DNA of 64,000 nt from Candidatus Woesearchaeota archaeon (GTDB lineage Archaea > Nanobdellota > Nanobdellia > Pacearchaeales > UBA284), in NCBI GenBank assembly GCA_964599615.1, contig CAZRGF010000003.1, positions 26,289 to 90,288 on the forward strand, written 5' to 3'. A program made the position numbers and the translations under genes. The notes beneath the pieces are model-generated. The model was given only the letters and a program-made list of their open reading frames with translations. It searched no databases and had not been told where the DNA came from. The first letter of the stretch is position 1, and each line of letters begins with the position of its first letter. Below, in pieces: positions 28,825 to 39,420 of the stretch.

Positions 28825-30324
28825 ATGAGCCCCCTAACAAAGGAACAGAAGATAGATAAGAAGAAAACCCAAAAACTTATTATTTTTATAGTGTTGGTTA
28901 TCCTCTTTCTTGTTGGCTTTTTAATAAGATTCTTTCCATTACGAACCGGTTTTCATTATTGGGATGAAACTGTTTATTTGCAACATGCAGAAATAATCTC
29001 CGGAACACGTCCAATAGATAATTATAATGAATTTAATATAAGGCCACCCCTTATTTCCTTGCTCATTTCTTTAATTTCTTTGTTAGGGCATAATCTTATT
29101 ATGGCGCATCTTGCTATCTCCCTATTCTCTGCATTGGGCATAATCTTTATTTTTTTCTTAGGAAAAGAGATATTTAACAAAAAAATTGCTTTGCTTGCTT
29201 CATTTTTTTACACTTTTCTTCCTTTAAGTATAGTCTTATCACATGATATTCTTGTGGACACAATATTGCCGACTTTCTGGATTTTAACCTTTTTATTCAC
29301 TTTTAAAACAATCAAGAATAAGAAAGTCACTCCCGCTATTCTTACAGGAGTTTTCTTAGGTTTGTCTATCCTCCTGAAATTTTCTTCAATTATCCTTCTA
29401 CCTTTCATATTCATCATTTTTTTTATTGAATATCTTAGTTATAACAAAGATAAAAAAACAAAAAAGAGAATTTTCTCCTCTTTCTTAAACATTTTAAAAA
29501 ACAAGAAATTTTGGCTGATAATTATCTCTACAATTATAATACTGTCTCCCTATCTTGTTTGGGAAACAATCTATTTTGACAATCCTGTATACAGCATAGT
29601 TAGGGGATTTTTAGTTATTGAAGGTGATGCCACCAGTTTCTTAACATATCTCTCAGAATTCAACAAATTATTTCCCTATGTCCTTCTTGCTGGCTTGGTT
29701 TTCCTTTTTTTAGCTAAATTTAAAAATAAAACCAGCACTGCAGAAACTTGTCTTTTATTGACAACTATCATTTTCTTTTTTTTGATGTGTCTCATCTCCC
29801 ATAAAGAAATTCGCTATCTTATGCCTCTCACCCCAATGTTAGTTCTTCTTTCTGCAAAGGGTTTTTTTGATTTTTTAGGATTTTTCAAGAGTAGATACCT
29901 AAAAGTATTATTGCTAGTTATCCTTGTTTTTGTATCTGTAATTTATTCAGTAAACATAACCAGATCAATCAATACTAATCTCCTTAATGTAAATGTCTTG
30001 ATTATAAATGAGGAAAATAGTCTCACAGAAACAGGAGCATGGCTTAACATAAATCTTCCAGCAAATGCAACAATCTACGCTAACACGCAATATGCGCTAA
30101 TAGCGTATTATTCTAATAGAAAAGTTGAAGTCCTGCCTTTTTGGAGAAGTTTTCAAAATAATCTTACTGAAGTAATGGACAAAGAAGGTTATTATGTCTT
30201 ATTTGAAAATGTCCCCAGAGAACCAACATTCGAATTTGTTCAAAAAGACCCAAGATTTAGGTTTATAAAAGAGTTTAATTCAGAGGGAGATAGAATATTA
30301 GTCTACAGATATGACCCTAACTGA
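28825..30324 (+). CDS. GT39/ArnT-like (PMT_2) membrane glycosyltransferase
   Basis: More than 10 TM helices; N-terminal loop RTGFHYWDETVYLQHA typical of the GT-C family. Start taken at the first ATG (the track start is TTG at 28807). Confidence 0.75.
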   Translation: MSPLTKEQKIDKKKTQKLIIFIVLVILFLVGFLIRFFPLRTGFHYWDETVYLQHAEIISGTRPIDNYNEFNIRPPLISLLISLISLLGHNLIMAHLAISLFSALGIIFIFFLGKEIFNKKIALLASFFYTFLPLSIVLSHDILVDTILPTFWILTFLFTFKTIKNKKVTPAILTGVFLGLSILLKFSSIILLPFIFIIFFIEYLSYNKDKKTKKRIFSSFLNILKNKKFWLIIISTIIILSPYLVWETIYFDNPVYSIVRGFLVIEGDATSFLTYLSEFNKLFPYVLLAGLVFLFLAKFKNKTSTAETCLLLTTIIFFFLMCLISHKEIRYLMPLTPMLVLLSAKGFFDFLGFFKSRYLKVLLLVILVFVSVIYSVNITRSINTNLLNVNVLIINEENSLTETGAWLNINLPANATIYANTQYALIAYYSNRKVEVLPFWRSFQNNLTEVMDKEGYYVLFENVPREPTFEFVQKDPRFRFIKEFNSEGDRILVYRYDPN

Positions 30325-30327
30325 GTA

Positions 30328-30981
30328 TTACCCAAAATACGGTTCAAGCTCTTCTTTATCATGGAATCCGATAAAAACCTTGTCACCGATGACTGTAGTT
30401 GGGAAATAAGTGACGTTGTAGACTTCTTTCAAAGCGCCTATTGTCCCCAAATCAATATCTCCATCAAGTGAATAGACTTTTACTTTATCATAACCATACT
30501 TGTTTGCAAAATATCCTAAAAGATATCCCTGTCTTTCGCTAGCATCAATAAAATCTTGCTTATTTGAATAAAAGAATAGAATCGTGACATATTTTTCATT
30601 GCATTTCTCAGCTCTTTCTTTTATGAGTAAATAATGTCTTATCAAAAGTAGGGTATAGGGTTTTTTCAAGTCTATAACTCTTGGGTCATTTTTCCCTATC
30701 TGATCCTCTAGCAATATCAATTTATCTCCAAGCTCATCTATTTTACCACCCAAAGAATAAACAAAGTAATTATTGCAGGGGTAGTCTTCAACTAAAGAAT
30801 TTTGGACTTCTAAATCAGAAAGCTCCAGACTTAAACCAGTTTCAATGTTCTGGATATTTTTATATTTCTGGTCTGTTAAAAACTGTCCAAACAGTAATCC
30901 TGCCACAAATAAAAGAATTGTCACAGCAAAAACTGCGACATACTTTGTAACATTTATTTGTCTTTCAGGATATTTGGCCAT
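30328..30981 (-). CDS. membrane-anchored protein with a possible thioredoxin-like fold (no CxxC)
   Basis: N-terminal TM helix. C-terminal pattern (VTILFFYSNK...YFPTTVIGDKVFIGF). Confidence 0.4.
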   Translation of the reverse strand: MAKYPERQINVTKYVAVFAVTILLFVAGLLFGQFLTDQKYKNIQNIETGLSLELSDLEVQNSLVEDYPCNNYFVYSLGGKIDELGDKLILLEDQIGKNDPRVIDLKKPYTLLLIRHYLLIKERAEKCNEKYVTILFFYSNKQDFIDASERQGYLLGYFANKYGYDKVKVYSLDGDIDLGTIGALKEVYNVTYFPTTVIGDKVFIGFHDKEELEPYFG

Positions 30982-31083
30982 TTTTTCTATTTCTATTTAC
31001 ATTTTCGTGATTTTTAAGTATTATTGTGTTAAAATATTTGATTAACTTACCACTTCTTCAAAAACATCTTTAATGACCGTATA

Positions 31084-31136
31084 TATGGCTGTTGGCAGCC
31101 AAATCTTCAGTTACTTTCTGCGCTATCGCTTTTAGC
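31084..31136 (-). repeat. REP-like bipartite intergenic element, copy F6
   Basis: Read on the minus strand: ctaaaagcgatagcgcagaaagtaactgaagatttGGCTGccaaCAGCCatat. See the findings. Confidence 0.45.
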
Positions 31137-31260
31137 TTTAATTTCTATTTCTGGAGATTATACCCTTTGTTTTTCCTGAATTTCTTGAAGATAATGTAAA
31201 AGTCTGCCGGAAACAAATTAACAATACTTCGTGCTTATACACTTATCGCTGTCCACTCTA

Positions 31261-32601
31261 TTAATAATACCTAAGCCCCCACTTCATCTTTCCACCGAAT
31301 AATTTGTATACAAATGGGGCAACCCACCAAATCGCGTATAAAAACCAGTAGGTAAATGAAAATAAGATAAATGGCCAAAACATCTTGTTCTTATCTTTTA
31401 CACTTCTTTTAGCAATTAAAATCGATAAAAAAGTAAAAATCAGGGCTATAATCATTAACAATATGAATGGATTTGTGATAAAGTTGGATAACACTTCTGT
31501 GATATATTTCCATTTTATTGTTTTAAGTTCAACTGAGAACAGGCTTGTTCCAGTGACGCTTAATTGAGTAAGCTTGTCTATCACAAATAAAAGGTTTTTA
31601 TAAATAAAATAAATAAAAACTAGGAGGGTCAATCCGACAGAGATGAATGCAGCAGGAATCAACAATAAAGCCAAGTAGCCATATCTTGGATTGAACATCT
31701 CTTTGTTTTTGAGAATATTTTTTGTAAATCCATAATACCATCGCATCCTTTGATTTAACAGAGGCATAAATTTATTCGGTGCAACAGTATAAACTGGTGC
31801 ATTGATAGAATTCTCAATTTTGTAATTATGTTTTTGCATCCTCAGAGCAATTTCTATGTCTTCAGTCAGATTATTTGTATCAAACCCGCCATATTTTTGA
31901 AAAAAACTCTTTTTGTATATAGAAAAAGGCCCAGGGGTGACATGAATGCAGTTCAATAAGCCAAAAACCTTTCTTAAAAAAATCCCCAGGGTATATTCTA
32001 CATATTGTATGTTTTGCAAATACCCTTTGGGTTTATAAACAGTCATTGAAGGTGTGACTGCCATCACTCTTTTGTCTTGGAAATAACCCATCATGTTCTT
32101 CAAAGCTTCAGGAGAAGCAAAAGAGTCTGAGTCTAATGTTACAATAAATTCTCCTTTTGCATGTTTAATTCCAAAATTCTTGGCATCAGCCGCCCCCCCA
32201 TTTTCTTTATGTAATGGTCTTATCCTATGGTCCTTCAATGCCATTTTCTTCATCTCCTCTAATGTGTTGTCTGTACTGCCATCATCTACTAATATAATCT
32301 CCATCTTGTTCTTAGGATAATTTAGGGCTTGAACAGATTCAACTGACTTTCTTATATTCTTTCCTTCATTAAAAGCAGGCAAAACAAAAGAAACAAAAGG
32401 CACGTTTTTAGAATCTGTCAAGTCAATTACAGGATCTTTTATCCTATGCCTATATTCTAATAATGTAATAAAAAAGAATACTGTTGTGAATAAACCGAAG
32501 AAACTGGTTATACACACTAATATGTAGTATATCACTAAGTCTTGCATTAATATCTTTAATTCTAATCCTATAAAAAGATTTATGTGATGATTTTTAAACA
32601 A
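31261..32601 (-). CDS. processive family 2 glycosyltransferase (chitin/cellulose-synthase-like) with TM domains
   Basis: LVDDGSTDN, TLDSDS, TEDIE, and QRMRWYYG (QxxRW). Confidence 0.8.
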   Translation of the reverse strand: MFKNHHINLFIGLELKILMQDLVIYYILVCITSFFGLFTTVFFFITLLEYRHRIKDPVIDLTDSKNVPFVSFVLPAFNEGKNIRKSVESVQALNYPKNKMEIILVDDGSTDNTLEEMKKMALKDHRIRPLHKENGGAADAKNFGIKHAKGEFIVTLDSDSFASPEALKNMMGYFQDKRVMAVTPSMTVYKPKGYLQNIQYVEYTLGIFLRKVFGLLNCIHVTPGPFSIYKKSFFQKYGGFDTNNLTEDIEIALRMQKHNYKIENSINAPVYTVAPNKFMPLLNQRMRWYYGFTKNILKNKEMFNPRYGYLALLLIPAAFISVGLTLLVFIYFIYKNLLFVIDKLTQLSVTGTSLFSVELKTIKWKYITEVLSNFITNPFILLMIIALIFTFLSILIAKRSVKDKNKMFWPFILFSFTYWFLYAIWWVAPFVYKLFGGKMKWGLRYY

Positions 32602-32605
32602 AAAA

Positions 32606-33430
32606 TTAAGTTAAAATCTTAGAAACAGCTAAAAACAAGAATGCAATAATCAGGAGTATAGCCGAATGTTTTATTCCAGCTTTTACCTTGCCTTCCCCTA
32701 ATTTTCCAGTAACTAATCCTGTAAAAAATGCCTGAACCAGGATTAAGATGAAAAATGCCCTGTCAAGAATACTAGAAGTTTCTGATTTTGCAACTGTCGC
32801 TGTTCCTGAAAGGTCTGTTGAAAAAGAATTGAAGATAAGGGGCATGAACTTGACTTGAACAAAAACCATTACAACTAAAAAAATCAAGAAGATTATGTAC
32901 CCTTGAATGATCAGGCTATAAACCCCTGAAGATCTTTCTTTCTTAATCTCTTCAATCTGAGTAATGCTCACGACAACTGCATCAAGGATGCTTGAAATTT
33001 CTCCCCCAGAACTATCTGCCTGCAAAATCAAGGCAATTGATCTAGAGACAATATTATTATCCACTTCCTGAGCAAAATTCTGGAATGCTTGTCTTACAGA
33101 AATGCCGAGTTCTATTTGACTAGCTAGTTTTTTGGTATGTTCTGTCAATGGCCCGTATTCTTTGTTTCCTACCATAACAATTGCCTTAGACAGAGGGGTC
33201 CCAGATTTTACAGCTTCAACAAGATTCCGGGCAAATTCTAAAAAAAGTTCTTCTTTTTCTTTATTTCTAGACTCCTTAGCTAAAAAAGACAATAAAAAAG
33301 GTAGAGCTATAATAATAACTGCAATCCCAATAGCAAGGAACAAAAATTTGGATTTTAATAAAAATACAAACGCAGTTATCATTATCAAAACTCCGATGAG
33401 GATTGAAACAATTTTTACTTTTTTAGTCAT
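32606..33430 (-). CDS. type II secretion system F-family membrane protein (FlaJ/TadC-like)
   Basis: TM-cytoplasmic domain-TM architecture. Adjacent to the secretion ATPase. Confidence 0.65.
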   Translation of the reverse strand: MTKKVKIVSILIGVLIMITAFVFLLKSKFLFLAIGIAVIIIALPFLLSFLAKESRNKEKEELFLEFARNLVEAVKSGTPLSKAIVMVGNKEYGPLTEHTKKLASQIELGISVRQAFQNFAQEVDNNIVSRSIALILQADSSGGEISSILDAVVVSITQIEEIKKERSSGVYSLIIQGYIIFLIFLVVMVFVQVKFMPLIFNSFSTDLSGTATVAKSETSSILDRAFFILILVQAFFTGLVTGKLGEGKVKAGIKHSAILLIIAFLFLAVSKILT

Positions 33431-33558
33431 CTTTAAATTATGTTTACATGTTTAATTCTTGTTTATATTATTACTTTTTTGAACACAATCGCGCACATTT
33501 GCACTTATCAACTTAGTCGCCTCGTTTGTTTTTTTGCTTATATCCCTCTTTTTCATGT

Positions 33559-34809
33559 TTAAGTCTCCGGTTGTGTCAGATTTAAAAATATGATGAATAA
33601 AATATTTAATATAATTATCGCAATGACTCCAACATTAGCTAAAAAAGAAAGAGAAAAATTCCCCAAACTTGCCCCAAGGCTGCTCATAAAAGACAAGACA
33701 AGCATCAAGATCAATGGGGCAGCGATTAATAGCGCAGTGTATATATCTGAATACAGCCCAATAGTAGAAGAATACCTTTCCCTGGAAAGTTTGTAATCCA
33801 GGAGAGCATCTTTTGATTTCTCCTTGATGTACAGGAGTATATTCCCTCCAGAAGATACAATTGAAGTAAAACCATTCAAGAATTCAGCAAATTTTTTATT
33901 GCTTGATTGCTGGGCAACATTCTTCAAAGCAGTGCTTAAATCGTAACCGTATATATTAATCTGATTTGATACTTTTTTCATTTGCCTGCTGAAAAATAGA
34001 TACTCTTTTGAATCAGCCATTATCGAGAATATCTTCTGCGGCGCTATCTTGCTGGAAGCTACCGCAGACATGTGCGCTAAAGCAAAAGGCATTTCATTTT
34101 CTAATTTTTTGGAGTTGCTGCCCACCTGAATTTTAGGGTAATAAACAAGAAAAATAAAAAACGCCATAGGAATTATCAATGCAATGACCATATTCCCCAC
34201 CAGAATCAAAGGGCTTTTTCCCAGAGAAAGCGCGATAAAAACAGCTAAAAAGATTATTAAAGAAATAAAAAACAGAAGTAAACACATCGAAAGATAGGAT
34301 ACTGGTATGTAGGGCATGTCTGCTTGTTTTAGGTCCTTGTCTAAAAAATTAAAAGTATTGGCCAAAGATTTAGAAAGTCCCTTAAACAATTTGCTGGAGA
34401 ACATGATAAACTGAGAGGGTTTTTGAATTTCCTGTTTTTCTTCAGTCACTTCCTTGGCTTTAAATCTTCTTATTTTCAATTCTTCCACATATTTCTTTTT
34501 ATCTTCTTTTTTGATGAAAACATCGCCGCTTGTTGTAGAAACTCTTACATAACTTTTCGTTTCCTTGGCCTTGCTGAATTTTGGTGCTTCTTGAATATTA
34601 GCTGAACCAGAGTTTAGGTTATTTATGAAACTTTCTGTGCTTTTGTGGATTATCTCTATCTGATTTATTATCCCCGAACAAGATTTTTCTAAAAATCCTC
34701 TTTCCTGTTTTGAAGCTGACCTATAGAGGTTGGAAAAAAGAAGCAATTCATTTGCTAATTTTTCTTCTTTTAAAATGTCTTCTTTCAAAAAATTTATTTC
34801 TGAATTCAT
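33559..34809 (-). CDS. type II secretion system F-family membrane protein (FlaJ/TadB-like)
   Basis: Same architecture as its neighbour. 416 aa, directly downstream of the ATPase operon partner. Confidence 0.65.
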   Translation of the reverse strand: MNSEINFLKEDILKEEKLANELLLFSNLYRSASKQERGFLEKSCSGIINQIEIIHKSTESFINNLNSGSANIQEAPKFSKAKETKSYVRVSTTSGDVFIKKEDKKKYVEELKIRRFKAKEVTEEKQEIQKPSQFIMFSSKLFKGLSKSLANTFNFLDKDLKQADMPYIPVSYLSMCLLLFFISLIIFLAVFIALSLGKSPLILVGNMVIALIIPMAFFIFLVYYPKIQVGSNSKKLENEMPFALAHMSAVASSKIAPQKIFSIMADSKEYLFFSRQMKKVSNQINIYGYDLSTALKNVAQQSSNKKFAEFLNGFTSIVSSGGNILLYIKEKSKDALLDYKLSRERYSSTIGLYSDIYTALLIAAPLILMLVLSFMSSLGASLGNFSLSFLANVGVIAIIILNILFIIFLNLTQPET

Positions 34810-34815
34810 TTCTCA

Positions 34816-35001
34816 TTAAATTGATTTCATCTCAAGCTTAATTGTTGAGATAGATCTCTTGATTTCCTCATTTAATTTTTCCATCCTCACCTTGATCATC
34901 GCAGCATTTTTCATATCAGAAGTCCCTTCAAGAACCATAATCTCTTCTTTCAAGGAAGAAATCAACTGAGATAAAACCAAGATATTTTCTTCTGGTAACA
35001 T
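34816..35001 (-). CDS. small coiled-coil protein (61 aa)
   Basis: Tightly packed between the ATPase and the FlaJ-like gene. No motif recognised. Confidence 0.4.
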   Translation of the reverse strand: MLPEENILVLSQLISSLKEEIMVLEGTSDMKNAAMIKVRMEKLNEEIKRSISTIKLEMKSI

Positions 35002-35003
35002 TT

Positions 35004-36575
35004 TTATTTAATCCCGAATTTTTCTAAAACCGCTGTTGGATTTTTATAATAATCATTTACTATCCTCTGAATTTCAGCAAAGCCTGAAATATTTTTCTTG
35101 AAAATCTGATAAATTAATTTTGTTCTTAAGCCAAATTCTTCAATCAACTGTTCTTTTTGCAGCCCATATCTGGTGCAGATCTTGTTGAAGACTTCACTAT
35201 CAGTTTTGAAATAAAATTTATCTTTTTGTGAATCCCATTTGATTATCTGGTTAGATTCTGCTTGCCCTTTGTCATTTACTCTTTTGATTTCAACAACTTC
35301 TCTAACTCTTCGAGTCTCTTGATTCCCGACAACAGCGTGTGTCATTACAGTTAAAACATCCAGAACATTTAAGGAAGTGGGACTCAGACTAATTGGTGGT
35401 GTTGATAATCTGGTTATTACAGAATCTATTGAATCTGCATGGATAGTAGCCATAGACGGATGACCAGAAGCCATTCCCTGGAATAAAACCGATGCTTCTT
35501 TTCCTCTTACTTCCCCCACGATGACATAATCGGGATTTTGCCTGAAACTCTCTTTAAGAAGATCGAATAAATCAATTTCTCCTACCCCCGAAACCCCGCT
35601 TCTAGCAACTGATGGAAGCCAGTTCTCTCTAGGCAATTGTAATTCTCTTGTATCTTCTATTGAAACAACTCTCGCTTCTGGCGGGATAAAAAATGCTATT
35701 GCATTCAACAAAGTAGTTTTTCCTGCTCCTGTTCCCCCTGTAATCAAGACATTACACTTATACTGCATCAGTATCCAGAAATAAGCTAAAATTTCAGGAC
35801 TTAATGTATTGGCTTTGATTAATTGCAATGGGGTAATAGGTTCTTTAGTAAATTTCCTTATGGTAAACGTTGGTCCTTTGCTTGAGATGTCTGTAGTAAA
35901 AGTAGCATTGACCCTTGAACCATCTGGCAGAGTTCCATCTAATAAAGGAGAGGCATAAGAAACATATTTGCCACACTTTTGGGCTAATTTTTCAACAAAA
36001 TTGGATAATTTAGAAATTTCAGAATAAATTAGATTTGTTCTCAAATTTCTGTAAGTTCTGTGGACAATGTACACTGGAGAATTGATTCCATTGCATTCAA
36101 TGTCTTCTATAAAAAAATCTCTGAGCAAAGGCTCTGCTTCATTAAAACCAATGAAATCCCTGTAGAGATAATATAAAAGCCGGGAATAAGTCTCTTGCGC
36201 GACTTTCTCCCCCAATTCTCCTAAAACTACTTTAAGCATCTTGTCAAGATAAGACAGAACATTATTTTTTTCAACTGTTCCTAGATTAATCATCTCAGTC
36301 ATTGCTTTCTCAACTTCAAACAACAATTGTCTTTCCCTATTATCTAACAAAGGTTCTTCAATCTCATAGACCACCTCCCCTATTTCTGAATTCCAGTAAA
36401 TATGGCAAGAGACATAAGGAACAATTAGAGCATATCTGACATCAATCTTGGTTTTATCTGAAAATTTCATCAAAGTAGGAATTTCGGGATTAGTATTAAT
36501 CACTGGATTGGGTGCTGAAGGCAAACCTCTAGGCGCACTTCTATCCATAGATTTGAATTTAGGAACAGCTTTCAT
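35004..36575 (-). CDS. type II/IV secretion system ATPase (FlaI/PilB/VirB11 family)
   Basis: Walker A GGTGAGKTT, Asp box SIEDTREL, Walker B PDYVIVGEVRG, His box ATIHA. Confidence 0.9.
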   Translation of the reverse strand: MKAVPKFKSMDRSAPRGLPSAPNPVINTNPEIPTLMKFSDKTKIDVRYALIVPYVSCHIYWNSEIGEVVYEIEEPLLDNRERQLLFEVEKAMTEMINLGTVEKNNVLSYLDKMLKVVLGELGEKVAQETYSRLLYYLYRDFIGFNEAEPLLRDFFIEDIECNGINSPVYIVHRTYRNLRTNLIYSEISKLSNFVEKLAQKCGKYVSYASPLLDGTLPDGSRVNATFTTDISSKGPTFTIRKFTKEPITPLQLIKANTLSPEILAYFWILMQYKCNVLITGGTGAGKTTLLNAIAFFIPPEARVVSIEDTRELQLPRENWLPSVARSGVSGVGEIDLFDLLKESFRQNPDYVIVGEVRGKEASVLFQGMASGHPSMATIHADSIDSVITRLSTPPISLSPTSLNVLDVLTVMTHAVVGNQETRRVREVVEIKRVNDKGQAESNQIIKWDSQKDKFYFKTDSEVFNKICTRYGLQKEQLIEEFGLRTKLIYQIFKKNISGFAEIQRIVNDYYKNPTAVLEKFGIK

Positions 36576-36672
36576 TTTTTTACCTCTCTTTTTATACCCT
36601 TTATCAAGGAGAAAATTGTATTTAAATTTAACTCACAAGAAGTTTTAAATACAATTTTCTTTTAACTAGAAT

Positions 36673-37299
36673 ATGAAACAAACCCGCCAGATTATTGCGC
36701 AAGGAGCAGAAGCAGTGTTAGTAAAACAAGGGGGTTTCTTGATTAAGAACCGGATCAAAAAAAGTTACAGAAATGAAACTCTTGATAAAAACCTAAGACT
36801 TAAAAGAACAAGACATGAATCAAAAATAATTGAAAAAGCATCTGAATTTATCCCAGTCCCAAAAATTTTGGAAACAACATCAGATAAGATAAAGATGTCT
36901 TTTATAGAAGGAAAAAAACTTTCTGAATTTCTTGAAAAAGCAGATGAAAAAGAACAAGAGAAGATTTGCAGACAAATTGCCAATAACATCTCAAAACTGC
37001 ATGAGAATCACATTATCCATGGTGATCTGACAACAAGCAATATGATATGGAAAAAATCTGAAAACAAGGTGTATTTTATTGATTTTGGACTTTCATTTCA
37101 CAGCCAGAGGATAGAAGACAAAGCAGTTGACTTGCATCTATTAAAACAGGCGCTTGAATCAAAACACTTTAAAAATTACGAATTCTTGCTTAAAAACTGC
37201 CTGGACAATTATAAATGGAAAGATTCTAAAGCTGTCTTAAAACAGCTTGAAAAAGTTGAATCTCGAGGAAGATATAAAAATAAACAGCACATAGACTAA
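36673..37299 (+). CDS. bud32: KEOPS complex kinase Bud32
   Basis: GAEAV, HGDLTTSNMI and IDFGLS. 208 aa. Confidence 0.8.
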   Translation: MKQTRQIIAQGAEAVLVKQGGFLIKNRIKKSYRNETLDKNLRLKRTRHESKIIEKASEFIPVPKILETTSDKIKMSFIEGKKLSEFLEKADEKEQEKICRQIANNISKLHENHIIHGDLTTSNMIWKKSENKVYFIDFGLSFHSQRIEDKAVDLHLLKQALESKHFKNYEFLLKNCLDNYKWKDSKAVLKQLEKVESRGRYKNKQHID

Positions 37300-37355
37300 A
37301 CAATAAGTTTAAAAAACCACAAAAGCCATAGATATAATACGAAATACAGACTAAA

Positions 37356-37547
37356 ATGGGAAGAATAAAATCATTGCCAATAAAAAGAACAACGCGTGAG
37401 TTGTTAGAGAAATATCCTAGTCTTTTTACAAAAGATTTTGAATATAACAAAAAAGTAGTTGCGAGGATAGTTGAAGCAGATAAAAAGACAAGAAATGGCA
37501 TTTCAGGTTATCTTGCCAGACTAGTCAAGAAAAACAAAAAGAAATAG
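37356..37547 (+). CDS. rps17e: ribosomal protein S17e (eS17)
   Basis: MGRIKSLPIKRTTRELLEKYPSLFTKDFEYNKKVV. Confidence 0.9.
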   Translation: MGRIKSLPIKRTTRELLEKYPSLFTKDFEYNKKVVARIVEADKKTRNGISGYLARLVKKNKKK

Positions 37548-37684
37548 TGATATAATTCTTAGATATTACCACATCAAAAAATATATAAATCTTGATGGAT
37601 ATGATAGTTATAATGAGATGCAGTATTAATTTCAAAGATCTCAAAAACTCAAACTAAATAAACACACTAAATTACAAAGATAAA

Positions 37685-37981
37685 ATGACACCAAACAATG
37701 AAAATACAGTTCTCATTGGTGGAAAACCATTCATGAACTACGTAACTGGCGTAGTAATGCAATTTACGACAAAAGGAGCAAAAGAAGTAGCAATAAAAGC
37801 CAGAGGAAAGTTCATAAGCAGAGCAGTAGATGTCGCAGAAGTATCAACAAAGAGATTCCTTAAAGAACAGAACATTGTAGTTAAGGACATAAAGATAGAC
37901 AGCGAAGAATTTGAGAACCAAGAAAAACGAAAAGTGAATGTTTCCATAATTGAGATAACCTTAATCAAGAAAACAGCTTAA
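37685..37981 (+). CDS. albA: DNA/RNA-binding protein Alba
   Basis: NTVLIGGKPFMNYVTGVVMQF...VAIKARGKFISRAVDVAE. Confidence 0.9.
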   Translation: MTPNNENTVLIGGKPFMNYVTGVVMQFTTKGAKEVAIKARGKFISRAVDVAEVSTKRFLKEQNIVVKDIKIDSEEFENQEKRKVNVSIIEITLIKKTA

Positions 37982-38017
37982 AGAAAATTTAATTTTTATT
38001 TTATTTTTTTATTTTTA

Positions 38018-38040
38018 GAAAAGCGAAGCGCAAATTTAAA
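38018..38040 (+). repeat. REP-like element, module 1 only, copy F1
   Basis: gaaaagcgaagcgcaaatttaaa, 36 nt after the alba stop. Its atttaaat sits about 25 nt upstream of the ATG at 38063 and could double as a TATA box. Confidence 0.4.
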
Positions 38041-38062
38041 TCACCAATTTAATTAAAGGGAT

Positions 38063-38854
38063 ATGTTAAAAATACTAAAAGGAGATTATTCCTTGATTTT
38101 TTTAATAATTTCCAATTTAATCCCCATTTTTGGAATTCTTTTTCTTAAATGGGATATATTTTACATGCTGTTCTATTACTGGCTAGAAAGTGCAGTAATT
38201 GGTTTTTTCACAATAATAAAGATGGCAACAGCCCAAGGTACACCGCAGGGCACGATTCCAAAAAATCTTAATGCAAAATCAGAAAAATATACCCGAATTA
38301 CACTTAAATCTTTTTTAATTCCATTTTTTATTCTGCACTTCGGAGCATTTATGTTTGTTCATTTAGTTTTTATAATCGCCATTGCCCTAACAGGAAACAA
38401 TTTGGCGAACACAGCCGCCTTTAGTTTTCATATTGGTTTAAACTCAACAAGCAATAGTTTAAATTCTACTGGAATTAATCCCCAGGAGATTAAAGAAGTT
38501 TTATCAACTATCCTGAAGGTATTTCTTTTTTCAGTGTTTTTATTATTAAGTCATGGAATTTCTTTTTTCACTAATTTTATCGGAAAAAAAGAATACAAAG
38601 AAACAGATGTTACAAAAGTAATGTCTTCACCATATTCTAGGGTAATAATCATGCAAATGGTGATTGTCATTGGGGCGTTTATCTTGGCTTTAACAAAAGC
38701 ACCGATTATGATCGGAATTTTATTTATAGGCATTAAAACATTTTTTGATGTCAAGGCCCATATAAAAGAACATTCCAAACTACCGGAAAAACCAGTATTA
38801 AACAAAAAGAATTATTTTATCTCTTCCTTAAATAAAGGACAATTCAAAACATAG
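38063..38854 (+). CDS. polytopic membrane protein, function unknown
   Basis: Six to seven hydrophobic helices. No motif recognised. Confidence 0.6.
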   Translation: MLKILKGDYSLIFLIISNLIPIFGILFLKWDIFYMLFYYWLESAVIGFFTIIKMATAQGTPQGTIPKNLNAKSEKYTRITLKSFLIPFFILHFGAFMFVHLVFIIAIALTGNNLANTAAFSFHIGLNSTSNSLNSTGINPQEIKEVLSTILKVFLFSVFLLLSHGISFFTNFIGKKEYKETDVTKVMSSPYSRVIIMQMVIVIGAFILALTKAPIMIGILFIGIKTFFDVKAHIKEHSKLPEKPVLNKKNYFISSLNKGQFKT

Positions 38855-39420
38855 GTCTCAAACTCGCCGCCTTCGCCAGCAACATTTATTTTGTATTTTT
38901 CATAAATCTTATTCAATTCAATTATCACCTTTTTATCAATAATCTTTCCAACCCAGTCATCGTTTAAACCTTCAGCAGCAACTTTCACAATCTTGACCTT
39001 AAATTTATTCTTTACCAATTCCTCTAAAAATTTTAATTGATCTTTTCCCCATAAAGGGTTTATACAGATTAAACTAAGTTTATCACAGATAGCTTGAATT
39101 CTTGAAGCCTGATAATTAGAAGCTAAAGCGCCAGTGACTATGCCTTCAATTTGATATTTCTCCTTAGAAATTTTTATTACTTTTTCTAGTTCTTTCAGTT
39201 CCTTCTCTTTTATGCCTTCAGTTTCTTGAAAAACAACAGGCAAAGCCATTGCATTTGCTTGTTTTTCAATGTCTTCCCGAGAAACAGATTGAAACATGTA
39301 ACTACCTGGATTTTTCGAGATGATTGTTATCAAGCAGATAAGCTCATGTCCTTGTTTTTTAGCCAAGTAAGCGCTATACATTGAATCTTTCCCTCCACTG
39401 AATAAAACCCCAAGTCTCAT
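38812..39420 (-). CDS. PP-loop ATP pyrophosphatase, diphthine-ammonia ligase (Dph6/MJ0570-like)
   Basis: VLFSGGKDS. About 200 aa, with a GEGGEFET C-terminal motif. Confidence 0.7.
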   Translation of the reverse strand: MRLGVLFSGGKDSMYSAYLAKKQGHELICLITIISKNPGSYMFQSVSREDIEKQANAMALPVVFQETEGIKEKELKELEKVIKISKEKYQIEGIVTGALASNYQASRIQAICDKLSLICINPLWGKDQLKFLEELVKNKFKVKIVKVAAEGLNDDWVGKIIDKKVIIELNKIYEKYKINVAGEGGEFETYVLNCPLFKEEIK

